The position numbers were made by a program, and so were the translations under genes. Below are positions 13,301 through 25,340 of a stretch of DNA of 64,000 nt, one piece after another. The notes under the pieces were generated by a model. The model was not told the origin of the DNA. It saw only the letters and a program-made list of their open reading frames with translations, and made no database searches. Source of the stretch: Mobula hypostoma (lineage: Eukaryota); NCBI RefSeq assembly GCF_963921235.1, contig NC_086097.1, positions 139,564,001-139,628,000 of the forward strand. The letters are read 5' to 3'. The first letter of the stretch is position 1; every line of letters begins with the position of its first letter.

Positions 13301-14295
13301 TTGGATGATCAGCCATGGTCATAATAAATGGCGGTGCAGGCTCGAATGGCCTACTCCTGCACCTATTTTCTATGTTTCTATTAATGATTTAGATGAAGGA
13401 ATTAAAAGTAACATTAGCAAATTTGCAGATGACACAAAGCTCGGTGGCAGTGTGAAATGTGAGGAGGATGTTATGAGAATGCAAGGTGACTTGGACAGGT
13501 TAGGTGAGTGGGCAGATGCAGTTTAATGTGGATAAATATGAGGTTATCCACTTTGGTGGCAAGAACAGGAAGGCAGATTACTATCTGAATGGTGTCAGGG
13601 TGTCCTTGTTCATCAGTCACTGAAAGTAAGCATACAGGTACAGCAGGCAGTAAAGAAAGCTAATGGCATGTTGGCCTTCATAACAAGGGGAGTTGCGTAT
13701 AGGAGAAAAGAGGTCCTTCTGCAGTTGTACAAGGCCCTGGTGAGACCTCACCTGGAGTACTGTGTGCAGTTTTGGTCTCCAAATTTGAGGAAGGACATTC
13801 TTGCTATGGAGGGAGTGCAGCGTAGGTTCACAAGGTTAATTCCCGGGATGGCGGGACTGTCATATGTTGAAAGATTGGAGCGACTGGGCTTGTATACACT
13901 GGAATTTAGAAGGATGAAAGGGGATCTGATTGAAACATATAAGATTAAGGGATTGGACATGCTAGAGACAGGAAACATGTTCCAGATGTTGGGGGAGTCC
14001 AGAACCTGAGGCCACAGCTTAAGAATAAGGGGTAGACCATTTAGAACTGAGTTGAGGAAAAACTTTTTCACCCAGAGAGTTGTGGATCTGTGGAATGCTC
14101 TGCCTCAGAAGCCAGTGGCGGCCAATTCTCTGGATTCTTTCAAGAAAGAGTTAGATAGAGCTCTTAAAGATAGCAGAGTCAAGGGCTATGGGGAGAGGCA
14201 GGAACAGGGTACTGATTGTGGATGATCAGCCATGATCACAGTGAATGGCTGTGCTGGCTCGAAGGGCCGAATGGCCTACTTTTGCACCTATTGTC
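10370..14295 (+). mobile_element. CR1 LINE B (middle), split at 11702/13380
   Basis: Starts at the endonuclease end (EPLGGSDHN). ORFs 10460-11523 are CR1 ORF2. It breaks at tacattaat, resumes at attaatgatttagat and ends at the tail cctattgtctat. Confidence 0.88.
11703..13379 (+). mobile_element. CR1 LINE C (inner, youngest), 5'-truncated
   Basis: 419-aa ORF 11738-12997 has NYRPVSLTS, YLDFQKAFDKV, GVPQGSVLGP and KFADDTK. One frameshift leads to ORF 12970-13299. The tail is ttttctatgtttct, and attaat is duplicated on both sides. Confidence 0.95.
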
Positions 14296-15954
14296 TATCA
14301 ATGATTTACACTGATGAAATAGATGGCTTCCTTGCTAAGTTTGCAAATGATATGAAGATTGGTGGAGGGGCAGGTAGTGTTGAGGAAACAGGATGCAGAA
14401 AACTGAGATAGATGAAGAGAATGGGGAAGAAAGTGGCAAATGAAATACAATGTTGGAAATTGCATGGTCATGCTCTTTGGTAGTAGAAATAAATGTGCGG
14501 ACTATTTCTAAACAGGGAGAAAATCCTAAAATCTGAAAAGCAAAGGGATTTGGGACTCCTTGAGCAGAACACCCTAAGGGTCAACTTGCAGGTTGAGTCG
14601 GTGGTGAGGAAGGCAAGTGCAATGTTAGCATTCAGTTCAAGGTATAGTTAAGGCAGACACTGATAGGTTCTTAATTGGACATGGCATCAAACATTACAGG
14701 AAGGAGGCCAGGAAATGGGGTTGAGGAGGAGATGAAAAGCATCAGCCATGATTGAATGGCAGAGCAGACTCGATGGGCCAAATGGCATAATTCTACTCCA
14801 ATGTCTTATGATCATATGATTTGCTGAGCTTTTTTAGTTGCTTGTGTTTAATTTTACATTCCTAGCATCTGCAGGTTCGGCATTTGGATTAATGCATGAT
14901 TATAAAATGGTCAAATATCCTAAACACCTGCACAAGCAAAATCAAAATCCTTGTCTTACAACAAAGGTCTTCTTACTACCCGACTTCTTTCAAAGCCCAA
15001 ATGATTTATTTGGTGCTTTACCTCAGTTATTTAACTTCAATGTAAGACCAACAGGTGAACAAAGTGTTACTGCCAAAATAAATTTGTGATCATATCCATT
15101 CCACTGAAGGCGTATGATTAACTTTTAGCCAGGATATAATATTGATAAGCAACAGTGCCTGGAACTAGGAGCACCAGTCATCCAGTCCAAAGCTGAAGCA
15201 GAATGTGAACAATGTTTTCCATTCCCTTTCCTCCCTACAACGAATATCCCCAAGTGAGAAACAGAAAGAATCGCATCTTTTTACACCTCTCATTATTTGA
15301 CAAGGTAATTCAAAGATTCCGCGCATTGATAAAATACACTTTTATTGAGAAAATTCACTTAAAGGTGAAGAATGGAAAAAACTAAGGAGGAAGGTTTGTT
15401 GCAAGGGTAAGTAGCAGATAGAATGGAAGTAAATGTGCAGAACAGCAGTACCAACTTAGATTAGCTGGGCCACATGGCTTCCTCCTGTGGTACACAATTA
15501 TTAGTACTGCCATAGATCTCTGAGTGTTTGTTTACCTCTTCAGTGCAAAGAAATATTCCACAAATATTATTGGAATACTAACACAATGAAAAGGCCCACC
15601 ATTTTTAACTTCCAAAACATAGAAATAATTCCAAGGTTTGCTAAGACTCCGCTAAAGCTTTGCCACCTGATCATCAATCCCAATGTTTTAAATTGCTTTA
15701 GCAAATTCAGTACCTGCCAAGCCTAAAGAATCGCAGACCCTATTTCATGCTGCACAACTATGACCAGCATTTTTTTTTTACCTTTCCCTATTTAAAAACA
15801 CCATTTTTCTATTTTCCCCCACTAGTCAATGCCACGTTTTCTCATCTTCTATTCCATTTGTTACCTCCTTGCCAAGAACTACCCAAGTACCCCTCCACAT
15901 CTTCCTCAAAGCCCATTCCATCCTCTGAAAACTTCATCCAGATTCAGATTTTTT

Positions 15955-16720
15955 TTTAAATCACATGTATATTGAAGCATACAGTGAAATGTGGTGTTTG
16001 CATTAATAACCAACACAACCCAAGGATGTGCTGGGGCAGCCCACAAATGTTGACACACATTCCAGCCCCAAAACAACATACAAACAATATTCAGCAGAAC
16101 AAGCCATTCTCCCACCCACACACAGACAGGCCACCACCCACCAGTCCTTGGCCACAGACTCTCAGACATCAGGCCTTTAATGTTCTATCCCAGCCCAGAC
16201 TCTCAGACCCAGGGGCTTTGACCTTAAGCTTCAATCTCCTGACTTGGCTGACCTCTGGGTGTCAACACCAGGACTCACCAACCATAAAACTTAACTTTAA
16301 CCTCCAAGCCTTAACCTCTGGACTCGCATGGGCCTTGACCCCAGTTCACAGGGACTAGTGGGGGTTACCTGCCCTCCTGCCCGCATGGATGTCCGAGACT
16401 GGATTCTCCGAACTGGAGGTCATCAGCTCTCATCATAAGGGCCCGTTGCCCTTGGTCATTGACCAAGGTGCCTGCTCACCTGACATCTATCCACGGGGAC
16501 TGCTGGCCTTCAACTCTGTAGTGCTCTGAATGTTGGCTTTTGCCTGTCTTTTCAATTACTGCCTGACCTCTAACTCCATCTTATCCCTGTCCCGATACCC
16601 TAACATGACCCCAGCTCCCTGCACTTACCGCAAAACCATCCGTCCGAACCTAAAAGTCTAAGCCAAAAACTCCACAGACATCACACCTCAGTGCCATATT
16701 GACTGGAAGGATGGACAAAG
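15955..16720. repeat. Unclassified dispersed repeat (shared end also at ~18930-19020, ~50415-50520, and inverted at ~23600-23990)
   Basis: The motif catacagtgaaatg...cattaa...caaggatgtgctggggcagccc recurs four times in the window. Confidence 0.55.
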
Positions 16721-17384
16721 TTAATGAAAAGCCACAATCCTTAAAATGATCTTTTGATTTGATGAAAGACCTCAGCCCAAAATGTTCCTCCAATATTTTG
16801 TGTGTTGCTTTTGATACTACTGCTTTGTTTCTGTTAACTAATCCTCAATCAGTGTCAGTATATTATTCCCCCCCCCCAATGTACTCAAATTTTATTTAAC
16901 TCCTTTTATGTGGTACCTTTTTGAAGGTTTTCTCAATGTGCAAATACTTCATTTGACTGAAATTAAATGTAATCACAACCCTTATCATTTGAATTAAAAC
17001 ACTTCAGTTACCCATATGGAATTCTGTTCTGAAAATAAACCCTGTATTAACCTGTGAATGATTAGAGTGCCACATCTGAAGTGGAACAAGTTCCCACATC
17101 TCCACTCTAAACTTCTACTCATTACTCTAAAACATTTCCAAAGTAAATTGTTACATGCCTGACATCAGAAAATAAAACATTAAAATAGAAATAAATATAG
17201 GTCGACCTTCACTAATCCAGCACCATTGGGACCTGAGGAGTGCCAGATTAGTGAAAATGCCAAATTACAGAAGGATCACATTAAGCAATAGCTAACCTTC
17301 ACTAATCCGGCACCACTGGGACCTGAGGAGTCCCGGATTAGTGAAAATGCCGAATTACAGAAGGATCACATTAGGCATAATCAG

Positions 17385-17667
17385 TAGCAAACATAAAATG
17401 CTGGTGGAATACAGCAGGCCAGACAGCATCCATAGGAAGAAGCACAGTCGATGTTTCGGGCTGAGACCCTTCGTCAGGACTAACTGAAAGAAGAGATAGT
17501 AAGAGATTTGAAAGTGGTAGGGGAAGGGGGAGATCCGAAATGATAGGAGAAGACAGGAGGGGGAGGGATAGAGCTAAGAGCTGGAAAGTTGATTGGCAAA
17601 AAGGATACGAGGCTGGAGAAGGGAGAGGATCATGAGACAGGAGGCCTTGGGAGAAAGAAAGGGGGAG
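17385..17667 (-). mobile_element. Penelope-like 3' terminal fragment
   Basis: Same terminal repeat as 26418-26643, plus the pyrimidine-rich 3' region also seen downstream of the GIY-YIG remnant at 35230-35500. Confidence 0.8.
17446..17481 (-). ncRNA. Minimal type I hammerhead ribozyme motif (Penelope terminal repeat)
   Basis: AGTC-CTGACGA-A-GGGT CTCA GCCC-GAAA-C-ATC-GACT: stem I AGTC/GACT, CUGANGA and GAAA cores, stem II, and an AUC triplet. Confidence 0.7.
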
Positions 17668-17883
17668 CCTAATCGGTGCTGGATTATTGAAGGATCCAGA
17701 TTACAGGTAGTCGGATTAACGAAGATCAACCTGTACTAATACTGAGCTATCAGGTAGGAAGGTGAAGAATGGTGCCTCATGCATGTTATTCTATTATAGA
17801 ATAAACTTCACAAGCCACTTTGCAGCATTATAAGCATACAAATTAAATATAATTGCTGAAAGCTTTTCTGGAGCACTGTAATT

Positions 17884-17923
<40 letters not shown>

Positions 17924-17934
17924 TACATACATAT
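17884..17934. repeat. (TA)n(CA)n compound microsatellite
   Basis: Read directly from the sequence. Confidence 0.95.
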
Positions 17935-19009
17935 AGTTTGCTTTCACACTAAAAACAAAATAACTTTGCAATCAACTATAGGAGGTGAAGATATCCACTC
18001 AATATACCCACTCATTACTAGGATGCTGTGATTAAGACTAGCAGTTAACATGTAGTCCCAAAACTAAACTGCATTATAATGTGAAAATGCAATTTGAAAC
18101 TCCATAAACAGCTATCAAGAGCAAAACAGCACCAAATGCTAAAATCATCTTTAAAGCAACCTCTTTTGTCAAGGCACATGCACACACAAAAGGCAAATAT
18201 TCACCAAGTACCCTTGCTACAGCATTCCAAAAATTCTTTCATTTTTATCAGTGCCAAAACATCCATGTCTATCCAGCAGCAAGTTTGCAGGAGACATTCC
18301 TGGAACAGATTACCAGACCAGATTCAGCCATCGATACTTGAAAATCCAAACAAAACTTGCATTCTTATGTGGTCAGCATCTTGACCTATATCATGAAGTA
18401 ATGACAAGTGGTGATGCATTATCAAAAAACTGCTAACAACCCTCATTAAACTATCGAATGTATTTCAGCAATTTCAGAAACACTGTCTCGGCATGGATCA
18501 ACTTGTTAGTTTAACCACCGAACATAAACAAAATCAGTAGAGCTATTTTAATGCTGGTTAGCAATGCTATGCAAAATTTTGCACATACATACACCAAATC
18601 AGCTACCCTACCAGTACAGCATTAATGAGTTTCATGAAGTCAGAGAAACTGTACTGTGAGTACTGCAGCAAAGAGGAGGCCTTACTTGCAACCACAGCAG
18701 TGGACGCAGATTAGGACAAAAATCAAAGACAGCTGACAAGAGTCTGTTTAAGCTTGAATATACTACATGCTAAAATTATCTTAATATTATTAATTGATCT
18801 TCTGTCTAATATCTCTTTACTCATCAGATACCCAGCATGTCAGAGTTCTACAAGTCTCATGCCACAGGCTTAAGTGCATACTTCAGTGCAATGCTCACTA
18901 ATGTTGCTTGTTGCAGGCAAAAAATTAGCTTTATTTGTCACACGTACATTGAAACATCAATATATAGTGAAATGTGTTGTTGGTAATTGATGCAAAAGAA
19001 TGTGCTGGG

Positions 19010-19175
19010 GGCTACGCCAACTCACTAACCCAAACCGATGCATCTTTGGAATGTGGATGGAAGCCGCAGCACCCAGAGGAAACCTGCACAGTCACTGGGA
19101 GAACGTACAGTTGTGGGAATTGGTCATTGCTGGTACTGTCAAGTGCTGCACTAACCGCTACACTGCCATGCCATC
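19010..19175 (-). mobile_element. V-SINE (HE1-like) fragment
   Basis: Reverse complement of the tgtacgttctccc...tttcctctgggtgc...tccaaagatg core seen at 57943-58212. Confidence 0.6.
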
Positions 19176-19648
19176 CCCTTCTTTCGCCATTCAAACATAT
19201 AAAAATAGGCTTCATTGCACTGTTTGAAGGGAAGAGCAGTTTCTCTCCACATCCTGGTCAAAATGCCTCAAATACAGAATTGATATATGCAGTTTGTGGA
19301 ACCTGTATGCAAGATAATTGCTGCATTGTCATGTATTACAACCATAGCTAGATTTCAGGAATAAAGCACCTGTTTGTTCCAAGATTGAGAATAACACTAC
19401 TGCATGTGGCTGCATATTCCAGAAGATGGTTCACAACTTAGTCACAGTGGGAAAGAATCAACCTGCTCATTATTGCTACAAAGAATGAGGCAGTTGAAAA
19501 GGAAGTACCGACAGGGAGGAAGTTTGAGTCAAAGGTAGGGTTTCCAAATACAATGATAACTACATGCAGCACGTATGGATTCAAGCTGTTGTTCAACTCA
19601 GCTGTGTCATGCCCAGTTGGCTTGGGTAACTCATCCCTTCAAAGGAAT

Positions 19649-19737
19649 CCACACAAAATGCTGCCTGGCCTGCTGAGTTCCTCCAGCATTTTGTGTGTGT
19701 TGCTCAGATTTCCAGCAGCTGCAGATTTTCTCATTTG
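19649..19737 (+). mobile_element. Short Penelope-like terminal insertion with 13-bp TSD
   Basis: TSD ccttcaaaggaat at 19636-19648 and 19738-19750. Confidence 0.8.
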
Positions 19738-19927
19738 CCTTCAAAGGAATTCATTCTTTTCTGTTTAACATTCCATCAGTTTCTGTACTGTATACAAAAA
19801 TTACTTGCTGAATGGAGTTATAAAAATGACAGTAAAACAATACATTTTGAAGTCTTTTTTCAAACACCAATGGCATTTTCTGTTTCTATGTTTTAAAAGA
19901 ATGAAACAAACAGCAAAAAAATTTTAA

Positions 19928-20185
19928 AACACACATGAAAGTTGCTGGTGAACGCAGTAGGCCAGGCAGCATCTATAGGAAGAGGTACAGTCAATGTTTC
20001 GGGCTGAGACCCTTCGTCAGGACTAACTGAAAGAGCTAGTAAGAGATTTGAAAGTGGGAGGGGGAGGGGGAGAAACGCCAGCTGTACCTCTTCCTATAGA
20101 TGCTGCCTGGCCTGCTGCGTTCACCAGCAACTTTTATGTGTGTTGATTGAAATTCCAGCATCTGCAGATTTCCTCCTGTTTGCGT
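19928..20185. mobile_element. Penelope-like inverted terminal-repeat insertion; hammerhead motif at 19989-20024 (minus)
   Basis: Left arm acacacatgaaagttgctggtgaacgcag... and right arm ...ctgcgttcaccagcaacttttatgtgtgt. The minus strand reads AGTC CTGACGA AGGGTCTCAGCCC GAAAC ATT GACT. Confidence 0.8.
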
Positions 20186-20639
20186 TTTTTAAAAATTTTT
20201 AAACTCAGTTTAAGCAGTATTCACAGAAAGAGAAAAAGTTAATGTTTCAGGAACAACAAGATCTACTCAAGGAACCTGGAAGGTTAAGCAACATCCATGA
20301 GGAATGAGAGGTTAAGATGATGAACAGAATGAACCAGGTAAAAGAGGGAGGAAGGAATGGATAAATGGACGATGGAAGCAGACAAAAGGAGCAGGCGGAG
20401 CCGGGGGTAGTTTGGAAGGGAAGGAAGATAAATGGTGGAGACAAGTGTTGGATCATGATAAGCGGGAACTCAGGGGGTACCAGTGCCAGAAACTGACAAG
20501 GAAGGCAGGCACAGGAATCATTAAGTGAAAGGAGGAGGAACAAGGAGGGGGATGGGGAGAAGCAGGGCCAACGGGCGAAATGCGTGGGTGGTAGATGAAT
20601 AGAGAAGTGTATGGAGTGTCCGGGGAGGGGTACCACCTC

Positions 20640-22200
20640 TGATGAAGGGGCTTTGTGTGTCCATTCTGGGGCAACTCATTCACTTTTGGTCCCCATTGGA
20701 CACTCAGCTCTCACCTGTGGCTCCAAGAAGCTGTTTGCATGCGACAGTGGCCACACACTGGTACACTACTTTAACAGGTGGGCTAAACCAGGGGTCCCCA
20801 ACCTTTTTTGCACTGCGGACCGGTTTAATATTGACAATATTCTTGTGGACCGGCCAACGCAGTGGGGGGGGGGGAGGGGGCAGGTAGGGTTGCCGACGGA
20901 CAAGAGTAGCAGTCAAATACATTGTGTTTACCCAGAGAAAGACTACAATAACCATGAAGCCTTGCGCGGGCACCAGTGCGCATGTGTGTCGTTGACCGGC
21001 CAATTTTTTTCCATCTCCGCAAATCCTTTTTGACGATTCTGTTCGGGGGGGGGGGTGTTAATCACGACCGGAATGTCAGTGGTAAGTGGCTAATACACTC
21101 AATTTCGTTTCTAAAAGGGTTCTAACGAATTTAATATTAAACACACAGTGCATATTTTCCTCACATGAATATACTGATAAGTCAATTATCAGGGGAGCTT
21201 GAAGCAAGTGTTGAACGAACTTCCAGTAGAAGTGGTAGAGGCATGTTCAATATTATCATTTAAAGAAAATTTGAATAGGTATATGGACAGGAAAGGAACG
21301 GAGAGTTATGGGCTGAGTGCAGGTCGGCGGGACTAGGTGAGAGTAGCATTTGGCACGGACTAGAAGGGCCGATATGGCCTGTTTCCGTGCTGTAATTGTT
21401 ATATGGTTATATAAGTAAGTCAATAGCATCATAACATTTTAAGAAACGTTTGGATATTAAACACACAGCACATATTTTCCCTGTTTGAACATATGCAATC
21501 ATTGCAACGCACCAATATTGCTGAATCAGTGGGAGCCCTGGGTTTGTTTCCCTGTAACAAGACGGTTCTATCAAGGGGTGGTGGGAGACAGCGATACTCG
21601 AAGGGAGCTCCTTATGTCCAGTCTATTCCGCAATTTAGTTTTCGTTGACTTTGATCCAGAATGCCGGCAGAGATGTTATGTCAAACATTTTTCATCCCAC
21701 CGTCATTTGCAAGTTCGAGGAGTTGATCATCTTCCCGCGCTGACATGGATGACGCGCAGGTAATGACCTCGCATGCGTATTGGCTCAACAGTGGCCGTGA
21801 CAGGGAATGAGGAAAGGTGCAGCTGACTCCTATCGCAAAATCATATCATTTCCTCAGGGCCCGGTAGCACTTGCTTTGCGGCCCGGTGGTTGGGGACTAC
21901 TGGGCAAAACCAAGTAAAGGTAGGCGGCAGCCTCATATCTCGGTGGGATAAGGACATGCTTGTCCTAGCATGCGAAGTCAGCTCTAGCAGACTGGGCAAA
22001 TAAGAACCACTAGCCAGGAAGGCAGTAATGCAATGCTCCATGGAGAGCGAAGGGCCTGACAAAGGCACTTAACTCCTCATGGTCATCCACTGCAATCAAG
22101 ACACCAGTTTATGACGCTTGTTCATACCACTGGACCCAGACTTCTGAGGTCAAGAGAGTGGAACTGCCCCATTTGATTTCCAACTTTAAAAACTCTCTTG
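20640..22200. repeat. Unclassified interspersed repeat (possibly an RTE 5' region) interrupted by the hAT element
   Basis: GC-richer non-coding sequence that continues across the hAT insertion site. The family assignment is recollection only. Confidence 0.3.
20789..21902. mobile_element. hAT (Charlie-like) non-autonomous DNA transposon
   Basis: TIRs caggggtccccaacc / ggttggggactactg. The 8-bp TSD is ggctaaac (20781-20788) / ggcaaaac (21903-21910). Confidence 0.85.
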
Positions 22201-22689
22201 CCATTGAATGACATAAGCTTCATAACCATCAGTATCCATCACTCCAAAATGAAACAAAGCTGGGATGGGGATGAAGCCAGGAACACTGAGATTCCATGTT
22301 AAACTTGGAAATCTTAAGCCTCATTTCCCAATGATAACACTCCTAGATCGGTTATTATAAAGTTAGGTGCAGAGAAAGCATCATAGATATTGGAGCTTTT
22401 TTTTTTATAAAAAAAGACACATTACTCTGAATGAGTGACAGTGAAAACTATTGCCCAATCAATTTGCACCACAGTTTAGTGCTCACCAGAAATAGGTTAA
22501 GACAACTTCAACTTTTCACAAAGTATCTTTTGAACCACAAGGATCTTGGATCAGATGGGTTCTGATGTTTCAAACATAATTTCAAGTATAGCCAGCGTGC
22601 CAAGTCCATGATTTAATCATCCCCTTCAACAAAATACACACGTTTCACAGAAAATCCCAGAGGGAAGAAAAATGGATTTGTGACAACAC

Positions 22690-23330
22690 CTTGCTCGTAT
22701 TATACTTTACACATAGCAGAAAAATCAAGGGCAATTAACCCCCTATTAACTACTTACTGGTCATGACTGTCTGAAATTCCCTAGATAGTGAGAAAATTAC
22801 AACTATTAGGAAAACCAAAAATCTAACATCCAATTCAAGAAAGGATGGAGACAGAGAGCAGGATACTTGGGCCAATTAATCTGGCATGTGTCAGTCACAA
22901 AATACTGGAATCATTGTTAAACGAATAACAGCAATATATTTTGAAAATCGTCAAGTAGAGTCAGTATGGTTTTATAGTGAAATAGTGTTTGCCAAGTTTG
23001 TTCGAACCCTTTGAGAATGTATTGAGAAAGCAAGTGTAGGAAAGAACAATTTCATGTATTTGGATTTCCGAAAAGCATCTGATAAACTGCTACTTAAAAA
23101 GTTGCTATGCAAGAAATGACGGTGTTGTGTGTTACAAGGATAATTGTGTAACAAACCAAAGAATTGGGATAGATAAGTGATTTTTCCAAGTAGGCAAGCT
23201 GTAATAAGCAATGCCCCATACTAACAAGCTCTGAAACCACAACTATTTGAAATCTATATTGATTGTTTAGATTGAGGAGCAAGCACATTGCTTATGATAC
23301 GAAGGCAGGTGAAAAAGCAATTGGTGAGAA
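22690..23330 (+). mobile_element. Old, decayed CR1 RT fragment
   Basis: YLDFRKASDK-like motif (tatttggatttccgaaaagcatctgataaa) at ~23057. Confidence 0.55.
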
Positions 23331-24249
23331 GGATATTATTTCTAACAAGCTTGTGAGATAGCTGGTATACAGCTATCCAGACAAAATCCACTTTACAATA
23401 GGAACACCTGGACTTGGAACATGCAAACCTGTATGAATAATCCAAATACCAAAGTGCCTAAATACTGTTCATCGCCAGGACACTCAAAGGCTTTTACATC
23501 CACATTGTTGCATCGAGTAAGAGAAAATCAAGAGATGAACAGTTTTAGGAGCAAGGCAGTAGTACATCCAGATATCAGATCAAGGTTCTGTGTGGGAAGG
23601 TGACACATGAGCCAGTGAGGTACTAGAGTCAGTGAGTCAGTCATTCAAGGCCTATGGTTCAGGGTTCCCATCATAGTTCCAAGGCCTAGCTTTGGGGTCT
23701 CTGTCATTGGAGAATCCTGGGGCCGACAACAAAGAGCAACCAGATATCCGGAAGTCGAGGCCAGATGGCTGGAGCCCTGGTCTACGAGACCACTGGGGAA
23801 TTTGGAGGCTGCATGTCTGCGAATCCATTGGACACACAGTGGCTGTCTCGCCTGGATTTGGAGGCAAGGTTGTGTGTGCCAGAAGGTATAGTGACACTTG
23901 GGGTTGCCCCCAGCACACTGTGTTGGTAGTTAATGCAAATGACACAATTTACTGTATGTTTTGATGTACATATTATAAATAAATGAATCTGAAGGTACAA
24001 ACCAGAAGACCAGCAACCTTCACAAACTAAGTTGGTCATTAAGAACAAGCCCCAGTAATTCTCCTTGTGGTTATCAGCAAATGCCTCTGACCACTTAGCT
24101 CAACAAAAGAGAAATAATATGCTATCATCAACACATACACTGCACAAGATGGGAATTAATTTAGATTCACATCTTTGTAATGGAATGGACAGGGCTTGGG
24201 GGAATGAAGTTAGTAACTACCAGGCATACATTGAGCAGCAGTAAGCTAC

Positions 24250-25340
24250 AGTTCGAAGTAAATTTATTATCACAGTACATATATGTCACCATATACAACG
24301 CTGAGAATCATTTTCTTGCAGGTATACTCGATAAATCCATAACAGAATAAGAACCATAGTAGAATCAATGAAAGACTGCACCAGTTTAGGCGTTCGACCA
24401 GTGCGCAGAGGACAACACACTGTGCAAACACAAAAAAAAATAATGAAAACTAAATAACCCATGAATATTGAGAAGATGAGATGAAGAGTCCTTGAAAGTG
24501 AGCCACAAGTTGTGGGAATATTTCAGTGATGGGGCAAGTGAAGTTATCCCCTCTAGTACAAGCGCCTGACAGTTGAGGTAATAACTGCTCCTGAACCTGG
24601 TGGTGAGAGCCCCAAGGCTCCTGTACCTTTTTCCAGGTGGCAGCAACAAGAACAGAGCACGACCTAGGTGGTGGGGGTTCTTAATGATGGATGCCGCTCT
24701 CCAACGATACGACTTTGTGTAGATGGCTCAATGGTGGGAGGGTTTATCTGTGAAGGATTTGGCCATATCTAGTATTTTTTGTAGAATTTTCCATTCAAAA
24801 GCATTAGTATTTTCATACCAGGCTGTGACGTAGCCAGTCAGTTTATTCTCCACCACACATCTATAGAGGTTTGTCAAAGTTTTAGATGCCACGCCAAATC
24901 TTCGCAAACTTCTACGTAGAGATGCTGCTGGGCCTTCTTCATAATTGCACTTACGTGCAGGGACAGGTCATCTGAAGTTACAACAGAAAGGAATTTGAAG
25001 CTGTTGACCCCACCTCCTCTGATCCCCAATAACGAATGGCTCATGGACTTCTGCTTTCCTCCTCCTGAAGTCAATAATCAGCTCCTTGGTCTTGCTGACA
25101 TTAAGTAAGAGGTTGTTGTTAAGACACCACTCAGCTGGATTCTCAATCTCCCTCCTATATGCTGATTCGTCACCACCTTTGATTCGGCTTATGACAGTGT
25201 CAGCAGCAAACTTGAATAGGGCATTGGAACTGTGCTTAACCAAACTCTTACAAGTGTAAGGCAAGTAGAGCAGGGGCTAAGCACACAGTCTTGTGGTGCA
25301 CCTCTGCTGATGGAGATGGTGGAGGAGATGTTGTTGCCAA
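24250..25340 (-). mobile_element. Rex1/Babar LINE, 3' part
   Basis: ORFs contain GAPQDCVLSP, FKFAADT...DESAYRREIE...LNVSKTKELIIDFRR and LLPPGKRYRSL. The 3' tail is at 24250. Confidence 0.88.

Larger units (their letters stand above)
9250..14820 (+). mobile_element. CR1 LINE A (outer, oldest), split at 10369/14296
   Basis: Frameshifted ORF2 (KSPGPDELHPRILKE) breaks after ...ttcatgctgtatc and resumes at tatcaatgattta. It ends in a CR1 3' tail near 14820. Confidence 0.85.
17198..17733. mobile_element. Tc1/mariner-type (Tigger-like) MITE with an internal 90-bp tandem duplication, interrupted by a Penelope-like fragment
   Basis: TIRs taggtcgaccttcactaatcc / ggattaacgaagatcaacctg with flanking TA. 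Duplicated units start at 17205 and 17295. Confidence 0.65.

Noticed and set aside
17205..17380. Direct repeats with internal hairpins resembling a CRISPR array
   Set aside because: There are only two adjacent 90-bp units, no unique spacers and no cas genes, in a vertebrate TE context.
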